DNA of 64,000 bases from Thermoanaerobaculia bacterium (GTDB lineage: Bacteria; Acidobacteriota; Thermoanaerobaculia; Multivoradales; UBA5704): contig DASYTJ010000038.1 of the NCBI GenBank assembly GCA_036002325.1, positions 10,665-74,664 of the forward strand, read 5' to 3'. The stretch's first letter is position 1. Each line of letters begins with the position of its first letter. A program made the translations under genes and the position numbers. The notes beneath the pieces were generated by a model. That model did no database searches and was not told where the DNA came from. It saw only the letters and a list, made by a program, of their open reading frames with translations. Below are positions 1 to 8,655 of the stretch, piece by piece.

Positions 1-90
1 CGGCGGAAGCCCCAGCCGGAGGAGCCGGAGAATCCGCCGGCGCCCGAGGTCGAAGCCGCTGAACCCGCGGCACCGGCCAAGCCGGAGTGA
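1..90 (+). CDS. 3' end of an upstream gene running off the window (Pro/Glu/Ala-rich tail, stop at 88-90)
   Basis: Open frame from base 1 translating RRKPQPEEPENPPAPEVEAAEPAAPAKPE then TGA. Low-complexity, no family assignment. Confidence 0.3.
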   Translation, partial: RRKPQPEEPENPPAPEVEAAEPAAPAKPE

Positions 91-112
91 GCCGCGAAAG
101 GAGGAACGCACG

Positions 113-481
113 ATGAGTCAAAGCAGTTCGTTCGCGCAACGCATGAAGAGGTTCCGGAAGCTGCTCCAGGCGGCGAAGGCGCATGAGTTGGAGATACCCC
201 AACTCGGCCCCTTCACGGCCGCCCTGGAGGAGGCGATCGAGGACCTCACCCTTCTCAAGGTCCGGCAGATGAAGCTGCAGGGCGAAAGCCGGCAGACCAC
301 CGAGGCGGTCAAGGCGGCGCTCTCCTGGGGCTCCGAGCTGGAGATGAAGCTGAAGAGCTTCGTCAGGGCCGTCTTCGGCCGGAGAGACGACCGGCTGGCC
401 GAGTTCGGCGTCAAGGCCCTCGGCCGGCCCCGCGGGTCTCGGAAGGAGAAGAAAGGAGGCTCCCCCGGCTATACCCACTGA
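113..481 (+). CDS. hypothetical protein (122 aa, charged/helical, no recognised domain)
   Basis: ORF with ATG 8 nt downstream of GGAGGAA. Followed by a strong GC hairpin at 506-537. Confidence 0.4.
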   Translation: MSQSSSFAQRMKRFRKLLQAAKAHELEIPQLGPFTAALEEAIEDLTLLKVRQMKLQGESRQTTEAVKAALSWGSELEMKLKSFVRAVFGRRDDRLAEFGVKALGRPRGSRKEKKGGSPGYTH

Positions 482-505
482 GGACGCTAGACCGCAGTAA
501 GTGAC

Positions 506-537
506 CGCCGGGGGCGTGTGTGTAGCACGCCCCCGGC
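506..537 (+). terminator. GC-rich hairpin (CCGCCGGGGGCGTG...CACGCCCCCGGC) downstream of the 113-481 ORF
   Basis: Perfect 12-bp inverted repeat read directly; no U-tract, as is common in high-GC genomes. Confidence 0.4.
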
Positions 538-621
538 CTTTCCCAGGAGAGCCCGGAGAGCCAGTATACACAACTCTCGCGAATTTACCTAGATCGGTAA
601 CACAGCGGCGGCCCGCCAAAC

Positions 622-1065
622 TTACCCGACCCGCAGGATCGCCTTGATGTTGCCGGCCGACACGGTGCCGCCGGCGCACTGGCCCGTGCTGGTGGCGATC
701 CCGATCGTCCGCCAGCCGCCCGGCGTGGGTTGGTCCGCGCAGACCACCATCGCCGATCCGGGCGCCTTGTTGGTGAAGATCTCGATCACCCAGGCATCGC
801 CGCCGCAGGTGGCCGGGCTCGAGATGACGTCGACCTTGATCCAGCCGGCGGGGATGGGATCCGGAGGGCAGATGACCTGGCGGGACGAGATCTGCGCGGG
901 CGCCCGCGCTACCCCGGCGAACAGGACGAGGAGAGCCGTCAGTGCGAATCGTAGGAGGTTGCGTCTCATCGGAACATCCTTCCAACCTCGGATGTTGCAA
1001 ATGTGCGGCCAACGCCCCGAGGTGAGGTCGATTGACTCCCCCGTGGACCGCTCCCTATACTTCAC
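622..1065 (-). CDS. hypothetical secreted protein (N-terminal signal peptide, Cys/Gly-rich mature part)
   Basis: MRRNLLRFALTALLVLFAGVARAPAQ signal-like N-terminus. 5 Cys in mature region. No family recognised. Confidence 0.45.
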   Translation of the reverse strand: MKYRERSTGESIDLTSGRWPHICNIRGWKDVPMRRNLLRFALTALLVLFAGVARAPAQISSRQVICPPDPIPAGWIKVDVISSPATCGGDAWVIEIFTNKAPGSAMVVCADQPTPGGWRTIGIATSTGQCAGGTVSAGNIKAILRVG

Positions 1066-1571
1066 CGGCCCGGAAAGTCATTGCCTTGAGTGAAATCCGC
1101 GAAACCAGGGGGGCCGCGAACGGCGCCGGAAGGCGGTTCGGCATCGTCGCGTCGCGCTACAACTGGGCGGTCGGCGAGCGGCTGGTGGCGGGCGCCGTGG
1201 ACTGCCTGCGGCGGCACGGCGTCGAGCCGGAGAACATCCGCCTGGTGTCGGTGCCCGGCGCCTGGGAGATTCCGCAGGCGCTGCAGGAGGTGGCCGCCGG
1301 CGGCGGTCAGCAGGGGCTGGTGGCGATCGGCGTCGTCATCCGGGGTGAGACGCCGCATTTCGATTACATCTGCGCTGAGGCGAGCCGCGGCATCGCGGCC
1401 GTCGCCGAACGTTACCGGGTGCCGGTGGGCTTCGGCCTGCTGACCTGCGACACCGCGGAACAGGCCCAGGAGCGCGCCGGCGGCAAGGCAGGCAACAAGG
1501 GGTGGGAGGCAGCACTGGCGGCGCTCGAGATGGCCGATCTCTTCGCGAGACTTCGGGGGTCCAACCTGTAG
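1032..1571 (+). CDS. ribH: 6,7-dimethyl-8-ribityllumazine synthase
   Basis: GRRFGIVASRYNW...VPGAWEIPQA...GETPHFDYICAEASRGIAAVAERYRVPVGFGLLTCDT matches the lumazine synthase family. The N-terminus is uncertain, with an alternative TTG start near 1086. Confidence 0.85.
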   Translation: MTPPWTAPYTSPARKVIALSEIRETRGAANGAGRRFGIVASRYNWAVGERLVAGAVDCLRRHGVEPENIRLVSVPGAWEIPQALQEVAAGGGQQGLVAIGVVIRGETPHFDYICAEASRGIAAVAERYRVPVGFGLLTCDTAEQAQERAGGKAGNKGWEAALAALEMADLFARLRGSNL

Positions 1572-1751
1572 AGGCGGCCCTGCGTGGCCGCCCTCCCCCC
1601 AGGGCGCCCACATAGGGACGCCCCTACAGAGAGACCTAGCGATAGGCTGCAACCCCGGCTATGATTGCGCCGCGAAAGCGGCCGTTCCCGATTGCGGGAG
1701 CGGCCCTTGTTGTCGATGAAGTCTTCGAGTGGAGTCTTTGAGGCGAGGTCC

Positions 1752-2261
1752 ATGACGGCGGGAAAGCGGCGCACGGCACGGGAGATGGCGGTCCAGATGC
1801 TGTACCAGAGCGACCTCGGCGGCAGCCCCCTGCCGCACATCTTCAGCACGTTCGATCTGTCGGAGTACGTGGCGAAGGAAGCGCCCGCCGAACGCAGGAA
1901 GGGCCGGCCTACGACGGAAGAGCGCGAGGAGGCGGCGAAGCGCCGGCGGCGAGTCGAGGAAGCGTTCGAGTATGCCCAGGCCCTGGTCCGCGGCACGCTC
2001 GAAGACCGCGAGAAGATCGACGAGCTGATCCGCAGCCAGGCCGACAACTGGCGGTTGGAGCGCATGCCGGCGGTGGACCGCAACATCTTACGCCTCGCCA
2101 TCTACGAGATGCTCCACGAGCAGGACACGCCGAAGCTCGTGGTGCTGGACGAGGCCATCGAGCTGGCGAAGAAGTTCGGCTCCGAACAGTCAGGGCGGTT
2201 CGTCAACGGCCTGCTGGACGGCTTGTTGAAACAGCACACCTTCCCGGGCAGCCTGACCTGA
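1752..2261 (+). CDS. nusB: transcription antitermination factor NusB
   Basis: MTAGKRRTAREMAVQMLYQSDLGG...RLAIYEM...VVLDEAIELAKKFG. Classic ribH-nusB gene order. Internal ATG at 1752 is preferred over the upstream ORF start at 1665. Confidence 0.85.
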   Translation: MTAGKRRTAREMAVQMLYQSDLGGSPLPHIFSTFDLSEYVAKEAPAERRKGRPTTEEREEAAKRRRRVEEAFEYAQALVRGTLEDREKIDELIRSQADNWRLERMPAVDRNILRLAIYEMLHEQDTPKLVVLDEAIELAKKFGSEQSGRFVNGLLDGLLKQHTFPGSLT

Positions 2262-2301
2262 CCGGTATCCGCTGCGGCCCCGCGGCAAGAGAGCAAGAGG
2301 G

Positions 2302-4779
2302 ATGAGCACTGCATACGACCACAAGGCGGTCGAAACCAAGTGGCAGGACCGCTGGGAAAAACAGCGGGCGGCCGAGGTCGACCTGCGGCATACCCGCGGC
2401 AAGTACTACATGCTGATGATGTTTCCCTACCCGTCGGGAGACCGTCTCCACGTCGGCCACGGGCGCAACTACATCCTGGGGGACGCGCTCTACCGTTTCC
2501 TGCGCATGAACGGCAAGCGGGCGCTCAACCCTATGGGATGGGACGCCTTCGGCCTGCCCGCCGAGAACGCCGCCATCCAGCGCGGTGTGCATCCGCGGGA
2601 CTGGACGCTGGGCAACATCAAGGTGATGAAGGAGCAGTTCAAGCGCTGGGGGATCCTCTACGACTGGTCGAAGGAGATCGCCTCCTGCTTTCCGGAGTAC
2701 TACCGCTGGAACCAATGGCTGTTCCTGCGCATGCTGGAAAAAGGCCTCGCCTACAAGAAGATGGCGCCGGTCAACTGGTGCCCGAGCTGCCGCACCGTGC
2801 TCGCCAACGAGCAGGTGGTGGAGGGCGCCTGCGAGCGCTGCGGCACGCCGGTGGTGCAGCGCGATCTGGAGCAGTGGTTCCTCCGCATCACCGACTATGC
2901 CGAGCGCCTGCTGGCCGGGCTCGACCAGCTCGAAGGCTGGCCGGAGAAGGTCAAGGTGATGCAGCGCAACTGGGTCGGCCGCTCGGAAGGGGCGGAGATC
3001 CGGTTCGAGATCCCCGCCCTGAAGGAATCGCTGACGGTGTTCACCACCCGGCCCGACACAGTGCATGGCGCCACCTTCATGGTGCTGGCCCCCGAGCACC
3101 CGCTCACTTCGCGGCTGATCGCGAGCCATCCGCGAAGGGCGGAGATCGAGGCCTGGATCGAGAAGGTGCGTAACACGCCGCGCATCCAGCGCTCGGCCGA
3201 GGAGACGCCCAAGGAGGGGCGCGACACCGGCGCGGTGGCTCTCAACCCGGCGACCGGGGGCGAGATCCCCATCTGGCTTGCCAACTATGTGCTCCCCGAG
3301 TACGGCACGGGCGCCGTGATGGCCGTGCCGGCCCACGACGTGCGCGATCTTGCCTTCGCACGCCAGGAGAGGCTGCCCGTGCGGCTCGTGTATCACTTGG
3401 AAGACCACGATGTCGATCCCACCACGATGACGGAGGCGATCCTGCACGAGGGTGTCATCCGCAACGCGCCGCCCTTCGATGGTCTGAGGGACGCTCCGGA
3501 GACCATCCAGCGGGTCATCGGGTGGCTGGAGGAGAAGGGCTGGGGCCAGGGGAAGGTCACCTACCGCCTCCGCGACTGGTTGATCTCGCGCCAGCGCTAC
3601 TGGGGAACGCCGATCCCCGTCCTCTACTGCGAGACCTGCGGCATGGTGCCGGTGCCGGACGGCCAGCTCCCCGTCGAGCTGCCGTACGACGTCGAGTTCA
3701 CCGGCCGCGAGGGGAACCCGCTGTCCCGCTCCAAGGCATTCGTGGAGACGGTGTGCCCGAAGTGCGGCGGCGCCGCCCGGCGGGAGACCGACACCATGGA
3801 CACCTTCGTCGACAGCTCCTGGTACTACCTGCGGTTTCTCTCGCCCCGCGATTCAGCCCGCATGTTCGATCCGGAGACGGCGAACCGTTGGATGGCCGTC
3901 GACCAGTACATCGGCGGCATCGAGCACGCCATTCTCCACCTGCTCTACGCCCGGTTCATCTGCAAGGTGTTGCACGACTTCGGGATGGTGGACGTCGAGG
4001 AGCCTTTCCAGAACCTGTTCAACCAGGGGATGATCACCCGCTGGTCGGATAAGTCCGGCCGGGTGGAGAAGATGTCGAAGTCGCGCGGCAACACCGTCTC
4101 TCCGGACGAGCTGATCGAGGAGATGGGAGCCGATACGGAGCGGGTCTATACCCTGTTCATCGGTCCACCCGAGAAGGAGGCCGAATGGAGCGACGAGGCA
4201 GTCTCAGGCGCTCACCGGTTCCTGCAGCGGGTCTGGCGGCTGCTCGAGCGGTTGCCCGAGGCCTTGCCCACGGCGCCGGCTGACGCCGAGCTGGAGCGGG
4301 ACCGCCACGCCACCATCCAGCGGGTGACTCATAGCCTCCAGCGCTTCTCCTTCAACACCGCCGTGGCCGCGCTCATGGAGCTGTCGAACAGCCTCTCCCG
4401 CGCCCTGGAAGAGAAAACCGCCTCGCGGCTGCGCTGCGAGGAGACCTACGATACGCTGCTGCAGCTCCTGCATCCCATGGCGCCGCACATCACCGAGGAG
4501 CTGTGGGAGCGGCGGGGCTACACCGAGAGCCTGCTCGAGACCTCCTGGCCGGAGTACGATGAAGCCAAGATCCGCCGCCAGCGCATTCACCTGGTCGTGC
4601 AGGTCGACGGCAAGCTGCGCGACCGGGTGGAGGTCGACGCCGGGGCGGATGAGAAAGAGGTCCGCGCCGCCGTTCTCGCCAGCCCCAGAGTGAAGGAACA
4701 TCTGGCGGGCCGCGAGCTGGCCAAGGCCGTGCTGGTGCCCGGCCGGCTGATCAACCTGGTGACGAGGAAGTCCGCATGA
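2302..4779 (+). CDS. leuS: leucyl-tRNA synthetase
   Basis: PYPSGDRLHVGHGRNY (HIGH-type motif), KMSKSRGN, 825 aa class I aaRS architecture. Confidence 0.95.
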   Translation: MSTAYDHKAVETKWQDRWEKQRAAEVDLRHTRGKYYMLMMFPYPSGDRLHVGHGRNYILGDALYRFLRMNGKRALNPMGWDAFGLPAENAAIQRGVHPRDWTLGNIKVMKEQFKRWGILYDWSKEIASCFPEYYRWNQWLFLRMLEKGLAYKKMAPVNWCPSCRTVLANEQVVEGACERCGTPVVQRDLEQWFLRITDYAERLLAGLDQLEGWPEKVKVMQRNWVGRSEGAEIRFEIPALKESLTVFTTRPDTVHGATFMVLAPEHPLTSRLIASHPRRAEIEAWIEKVRNTPRIQRSAEETPKEGRDTGAVALNPATGGEIPIWLANYVLPEYGTGAVMAVPAHDVRDLAFARQERLPVRLVYHLEDHDVDPTTMTEAILHEGVIRNAPPFDGLRDAPETIQRVIGWLEEKGWGQGKVTYRLRDWLISRQRYWGTPIPVLYCETCGMVPVPDGQLPVELPYDVEFTGREGNPLSRSKAFVETVCPKCGGAARRETDTMDTFVDSSWYYLRFLSPRDSARMFDPETANRWMAVDQYIGGIEHAILHLLYARFICKVLHDFGMVDVEEPFQNLFNQGMITRWSDKSGRVEKMSKSRGNTVSPDELIEEMGADTERVYTLFIGPPEKEAEWSDEAVSGAHRFLQRVWRLLERLPEALPTAPADAELERDRHATIQRVTHSLQRFSFNTAVAALMELSNSLSRALEEKTASRLRCEETYDTLLQLLHPMAPHITEELWERRGYTESLLETSWPEYDEAKIRRQRIHLVVQVDGKLRDRVEVDAGADEKEVRAAVLASPRVKEHLAGRELAKAVLVPGRLINLVTRKSA

Positions 4780-5300
4780 GAAGAGAACTGCTTTCCCCGG
4801 CCCTCGGGGCCCTGCTCCTGATCCTTTCCGGCTGCGGTTACGCGCTCGTCGGGCGCGGCAGCAGCATTCCCGAGGACGTGCGGTCGGTCTACCTCCAGCC
4901 GCTCGCCAACCGCACCCAGCGCTCGCAGGTGGAGCAGGCCCTCACCCGCGCCATCGCCGACGAGCTGGTGACCCGCCAGCGCTTCGCCGTGGTGGGCAGC
5001 GAGGCCGAGGCCAACGCCGAGATCCTCGGCTCGGTGACCGGATTCGGCGTGACGCCCGTCACCTTCGACAACGAAGGCCGCGCCACCGAGTACGAGATCT
5101 CGATCACCGCCCAGATCACCTTCAAGCGCGTGGGTGCGGAAGGGGCGGTGCTGTGGAAGAGCGACCGCTACACCTTCCGCGAGAACTATCCCGTGGATCC
5201 CTCCGCGGCCGAATACTTCGACCGCGAAGACCAGGCGATCGAGAAAGCCTCGGAGCGCTTCGCCGAGACGCTGGTGACAAACCTGCTGGAGGGGTTCTAA
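4776..5300 (+). CDS. lptE: LPS-assembly lipoprotein LptE (RlpB-like)
   Basis: Lipobox LSGCG after a signal peptide and ~170 aa. Sits immediately downstream of leuS with a 4-bp overlap, as in the proteobacterial leuS-lptE arrangement. Weak similarity pattern to LptE (LTRAIADEL / ATEYEISITAQITF). Confidence 0.7.
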   Translation: MRRELLSPALGALLLILSGCGYALVGRGSSIPEDVRSVYLQPLANRTQRSQVEQALTRAIADELVTRQRFAVVGSEAEANAEILGSVTGFGVTPVTFDNEGRATEYEISITAQITFKRVGAEGAVLWKSDRYTFRENYPVDPSAAEYFDREDQAIEKASERFAETLVTNLLEGF

Positions 5301-5304
5301 AAGA

Positions 5305-5392
5305 CGTCTTGGGTCCTGGGTCTCGAGGACCCGGGGAGCTCACGCCGCGCGCACCTCTCCTTCCTGGGCCTTCAAAACCCAGGACCCAAGAC
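5305..5392. terminator. long inverted repeat (arms GTCTTGGGTCCTGGGT / ACCCAGGACCCAAGAC) between convergent lptE and rpsT; likely bidirectional terminator or REP-like stem-loop
   Basis: 16-bp perfect arms at 5305-5320 and 5377-5392 read directly. Lies between two convergent gene ends. Confidence 0.5.
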
Positions 5393-5417
5393 CCAGGACT
5401 GGGAGGGGGCGGGCCGC

Positions 5418-5684
5418 CTACTTGCCCAACGCGGCGACGTTCTTGGCGAGGCGGGCTTTGGTGCGCGAGGCGGTGTTCGCGTGGATGACCTTCTTCTGCG
5501 CCGTCTTGTCGATGATGCTCAAGGTCGCGGGCAGGAGCTCGCTGGCCTTCGCCGCGTCTCCGCTCGCCACTACCTGGCGGAGGCTCTTGACGGCGGTGCG
5601 TAGGCGCGAGCGTTGCGCCCGGTTCCGCTCCCGCTGCTTGACGTTCTGACGGTGCCGCTTCTCGGCCGACTTGGTATTCGCCAT
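5418..5684 (-). CDS. rpsT: 30S ribosomal protein S20
   Basis: MANTKSAEKRHRQNVKQRERNRAQRSRLRTAVK... matches S20. AAGGAG Shine-Dalgarno upstream. Confidence 0.95.
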   Translation of the reverse strand: MANTKSAEKRHRQNVKQRERNRAQRSRLRTAVKSLRQVVASGDAAKASELLPATLSIIDKTAQKKVIHANTASRTKARLAKNVAALGK

Positions 5685-5703
5685 AACTCCTTCGTCGCTC
5701 CTA

Positions 5704-5736
5704 ATTTAAAAAACGAAATCGCACCGAAGTGCGACG
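5704..5736 (-). terminator. hairpin (TCGCACTTCGGTGCGA) plus U6 tract on the - strand: terminator of ybgF and/or leader structure of rpsT
   Basis: On the - strand it reads GCCCGTCGCACTTCGGTGCGATTTCGTTTTTT, ending ~20 nt before the rpsT SD. Confidence 0.4.
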
Positions 5737-5756
5737 GGCTTTTATAGCATCCGGCC

Positions 5757-6572
5757 CTAGCCGACGTCAAGCCCGATCTCGCGCAGCCGCTGCCGCGCCA
5801 GGTTGGCCTCGTCGCTCGTGGGGTACTGGCGGATCACGTGCTGGAGCTGGACGACCCCTTGCGAGCGCTCGCCCAACTCGAGGTGGGCATAGCCCTTTTT
5901 GAGCAGTGCGCTCGGCACTTTGTCGCTGCGGGGATAGCGGCTCAGCACGGCGTCGAACTGGTCGATCGCCTGCCGGAAACGCCGCTGGCGGTAGTAGGCC
6001 TCGCCGATCCAGTAGGTGGCGTTGTCCGACAGGTCGGTGCTGGGGAAGTTGGCCAGGTACTCCTGGAACTCCCGCAGGGCGAGATCGTAGTTGCCCTTCA
6101 GGTAGTCGTTGTAGGCGGCGTCGTAGAGGCTCTTGGGGTCGGCCCCTCCCCCTGGATTCGGCGGTGGGGCGGCCGGCGCGGCGGTGTCAGGAGCGGGAGC
6201 AGGGGCCGACACCTGGTTGCGGAAGGTCTTCAGCTCCTGATTGGTGGTGGCGATCTGCTGCGAGAGCTGGGCGAGGCGGTAGTTGGTGTCCTCGAGCTTC
6301 GCCTGCAGGGCCTCGATCTGGCTCGAGAGGTCTTGCAGCTTCACCTGCATGTCGGCTTCGGTCTTGAGCAGCGACTGCATCTGGCGGCCGACGTTCGACT
6401 CCAGGTCGGCCACCTCCTGCTTGCTCGGCGCCTGCTTCTGCATCTGCAGCATCTGGCGCTGGATGTCCGAGAGCTGCGCCTGCAGGTTCTCGATGTCCTG
6501 GGTCGAGACGCACCCCGCGGCGGCGAGGGCCGCGAGGCAACCGGCGAGGGGGAGGAGGCGGAGCCGCTTCAT
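5757..6572 (-). CDS. cpoB: Tol-Pal system protein YbgF/CpoB (coiled coil + TPR)
   Basis: Signal/lipo N-terminus, long Q/L-rich coiled coil, C-terminal TPR (NYDLALREFQEYLANFP...YWIGEAYY). Last gene of the tol-pal cluster. Confidence 0.8.
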   Translation of the reverse strand: MKRLRLLPLAGCLAALAAAGCVSTQDIENLQAQLSDIQRQMLQMQKQAPSKQEVADLESNVGRQMQSLLKTEADMQVKLQDLSSQIEALQAKLEDTNYRLAQLSQQIATTNQELKTFRNQVSAPAPAPDTAAPAAPPPNPGGGADPKSLYDAAYNDYLKGNYDLALREFQEYLANFPSTDLSDNATYWIGEAYYRQRRFRQAIDQFDAVLSRYPRSDKVPSALLKKGYAHLELGERSQGVVQLQHVIRQYPTSDEANLARQRLREIGLDVG

Positions 6573-6573
6573 G

Positions 6574-7173
6574 TCAGCCGACGTTGGACCTGCCGGTGAT
6601 GATCATGTGGGCGCGGCGGTTCTGCGACCAGCAGCTCTCCTCGTTCTGGGTGCAGACGGGGCGCTCCTCGCCGTAGGAGATGGTGCGCAGGCGGCCGGCG
6701 GCGACGCCCAGCGAGCCCAGATAGTCGCGGACCGCGTTGGCCCGGCGCTCGCCGAGGGCGAGGTTGTACTCGTTGGTGCCACGCTCGTCGGCGTGCCCCT
6801 CGATGGTGACCGAGAACTGGGCGTTGCTCTTCAGCAGGTCGGCGTTGCGGGACAGCTTGTCCCGGGTATCGTCGGTCAGCGTGCTCTCGTCATAGTCGAA
6901 GTACACGTCCGGGCTGAAGCCGCGCCGCACCAGCTCGTCGTTGACCACCTGCATATCCGCAGATTGGAGAGGATCCTCGGTCTGATCGTTCACCTGGGGA
7001 GCTGCCGGCTGCTGCACCTCTTCCGGCTGGGTCGGCGCCGGGGCCGGCACCGTGGTGGTATCGACGTTCAGGTCCGCGGGGGGCGTCGCCGGCTTCTTCT
7101 TGGGGCAGCCAACCAGGAAGGTCAACAGAACCGGCGCCGCAATCCATATCATCCACTTTCGGTTCATCGTCAT
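6574..7173 (-). CDS. pal: peptidoglycan-associated lipoprotein Pal (OmpA-like domain)
   Basis: Lipobox LVGC. FDYDESTLTDDTRDKLSRNADLLK...TIEGHADERGTNEYNLALGERRANAVRDYL matches the OmpA_C family. Confidence 0.9.
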   Translation of the reverse strand: MTMNRKWMIWIAAPVLLTFLVGCPKKKPATPPADLNVDTTTVPAPAPTQPEEVQQPAAPQVNDQTEDPLQSADMQVVNDELVRRGFSPDVYFDYDESTLTDDTRDKLSRNADLLKSNAQFSVTIEGHADERGTNEYNLALGERRANAVRDYLGSLGVAAGRLRTISYGEERPVCTQNEESCWSQNRRAHMIITGRSNVG

Positions 7174-7281
7174 CTCCTCAATTCAGGGCTCGTCGATACG
7201 ACTCTCACACTTCAAAACCAGACTCTATCAAACCGCGATGGAACGTCGCAAACCGCTTTTCCCGTTCGGGTTGAGCGGGCG

Positions 7282-8640
7282 CTACTTCTCCGGCACGCTG
7301 CGTGACCAGTCGGCGAGGTCGTTGTTCCCCTCGGTCGTGATCTGCCGCAGGTTGCCGCCGTCGAGGTCCATGACGTAGATCTGCTTGCGGCCGCTGCGCC
7401 GCGAGGTGAAGGCGATCTTGCGGCCGTCGGGGGAGAAGGTCGGCGATTCGTTCTCGCCGGGCCCGGAGGTCAGCACCGCCGTCTCCAGAGTGCCGACGTT
7501 GGTCACCGCGATCTGGAAGGCCCCCTCGCGGCGGCTGGTGTAGGCGACCAGATCGCCGTCCGGGCTCCAGGCGGCGCCGTCGTTGTAGGCGCCGTCGAAG
7601 GTCAGCCGCCGCTGGTTGGCGCCTTCGGCGTCCATGAGGTAGAGGTGCGGGTTGCCGGCGCGGCTGGAGGTGAAGGCGATCTCGCCGCCCTTGGGACTCC
7701 AGGCCGGATTGGTATCGATGGCGTTCGAGTTGGTCAGCCGCCGCAGGCCGCCGCCGTCGGCGTCGGCGAGGAAGATCTCGATGTTGCCGTCGAGCGAGCG
7801 GGCGAAGGCGATGCGGCGGCCGTCGGGCGAGAAGCTGGGGCTGGTGTTGAGCGAGCCCGAGGCGACGACCGGCCGCTTCTTGCCGCTAGCCAGGTCGGCG
7901 AAGTAGATGCCGGGCGGACCGTTGAAGAACGAAGTGTAGGCGAGCGCGCCGCCGCCCGGGCTCCAGGCCGGCGACATCGAAGTGGAGCGGTGGCCGGTGA
8001 TGCGGCGCTGGTCCGCTCCGTCGTAGTCCATGACGTAGATTTCTTTGTTGCCCGTGCGGTCCGAGCTGAAAGCGATGCTGGAGAGCGCGATCCCCACCTT
8101 GCCGGTGAGGAAGCGGATCACCTCGTCGGCGAAGGTATGGGCCATGCGCCGGCTGACGGTGAAGGGTCCCTTGTAGCGCTTGGCGAGCACCGCCTGGCCG
8201 CTGCCGAGGTCGAGCACCCGGCCCTCGAAGACGATGCGGTCCCCCTCGGTCCGGACATCGCCCAGCAGCAGCACCTCGTTGCCGGTGGAACGGTAGGCCG
8301 CGAGGTCCTGCTGCACGTCGCCGGTGAGCGCCAGGCCCGAGAGCACGTCCGGGCCCTGGATCTCGAAGTAGCCGGAGAGGTCCAGGTCGCGCCGCACCGT
8401 CTCCTCCAGCTCCCGTCCCGCCTTGCCGGCGTCGCCCGCCATCTGGCCGGGGCCGCGAAAAGCGGGAAAAGCGAGCTTGATCTTCCGCGCCTGACCGCCG
8501 CGGTTGAGCTCGAGCGTCACTTGGGGCGGCTGCTGCTCGTCCGGCGGCGGCGCCGGTGCCGGCGGCTGCTGAGCCGCGAGCACCAGGGCGAGCAGGAGCA
8601 GGCACGACAGGACGGTCAGGGCGACGTTTCGCGGTCTCAT
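7282..8640 (-). CDS. tolB: Tol-Pal system beta-propeller protein TolB
   Basis: N-terminal TolB domain plus repeated SP[DA]G/WSPDG propeller blades. Position between tolA-like and pal. Confidence 0.9.
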   Translation of the reverse strand: MRPRNVALTVLSCLLLLALVLAAQQPPAPAPPPDEQQPPQVTLELNRGGQARKIKLAFPAFRGPGQMAGDAGKAGRELEETVRRDLDLSGYFEIQGPDVLSGLALTGDVQQDLAAYRSTGNEVLLLGDVRTEGDRIVFEGRVLDLGSGQAVLAKRYKGPFTVSRRMAHTFADEVIRFLTGKVGIALSSIAFSSDRTGNKEIYVMDYDGADQRRITGHRSTSMSPAWSPGGGALAYTSFFNGPPGIYFADLASGKKRPVVASGSLNTSPSFSPDGRRIAFARSLDGNIEIFLADADGGGLRRLTNSNAIDTNPAWSPKGGEIAFTSSRAGNPHLYLMDAEGANQRRLTFDGAYNDGAAWSPDGDLVAYTSRREGAFQIAVTNVGTLETAVLTSGPGENESPTFSPDGRKIAFTSRRSGRKQIYVMDLDGGNLRQITTEGNNDLADWSRSVPEK

Positions 8641-8655
8641 GGCACCTCGGTGTTC

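Noticed and set aside
2203-3447. 414-aa ORF on the - strand
   Set aside because: Entirely antisense to leuS, a certain gene. This is the typical long spurious frame of a ~70% GC genome (Arg/Gly/Pro/Ala-rich, no motifs).
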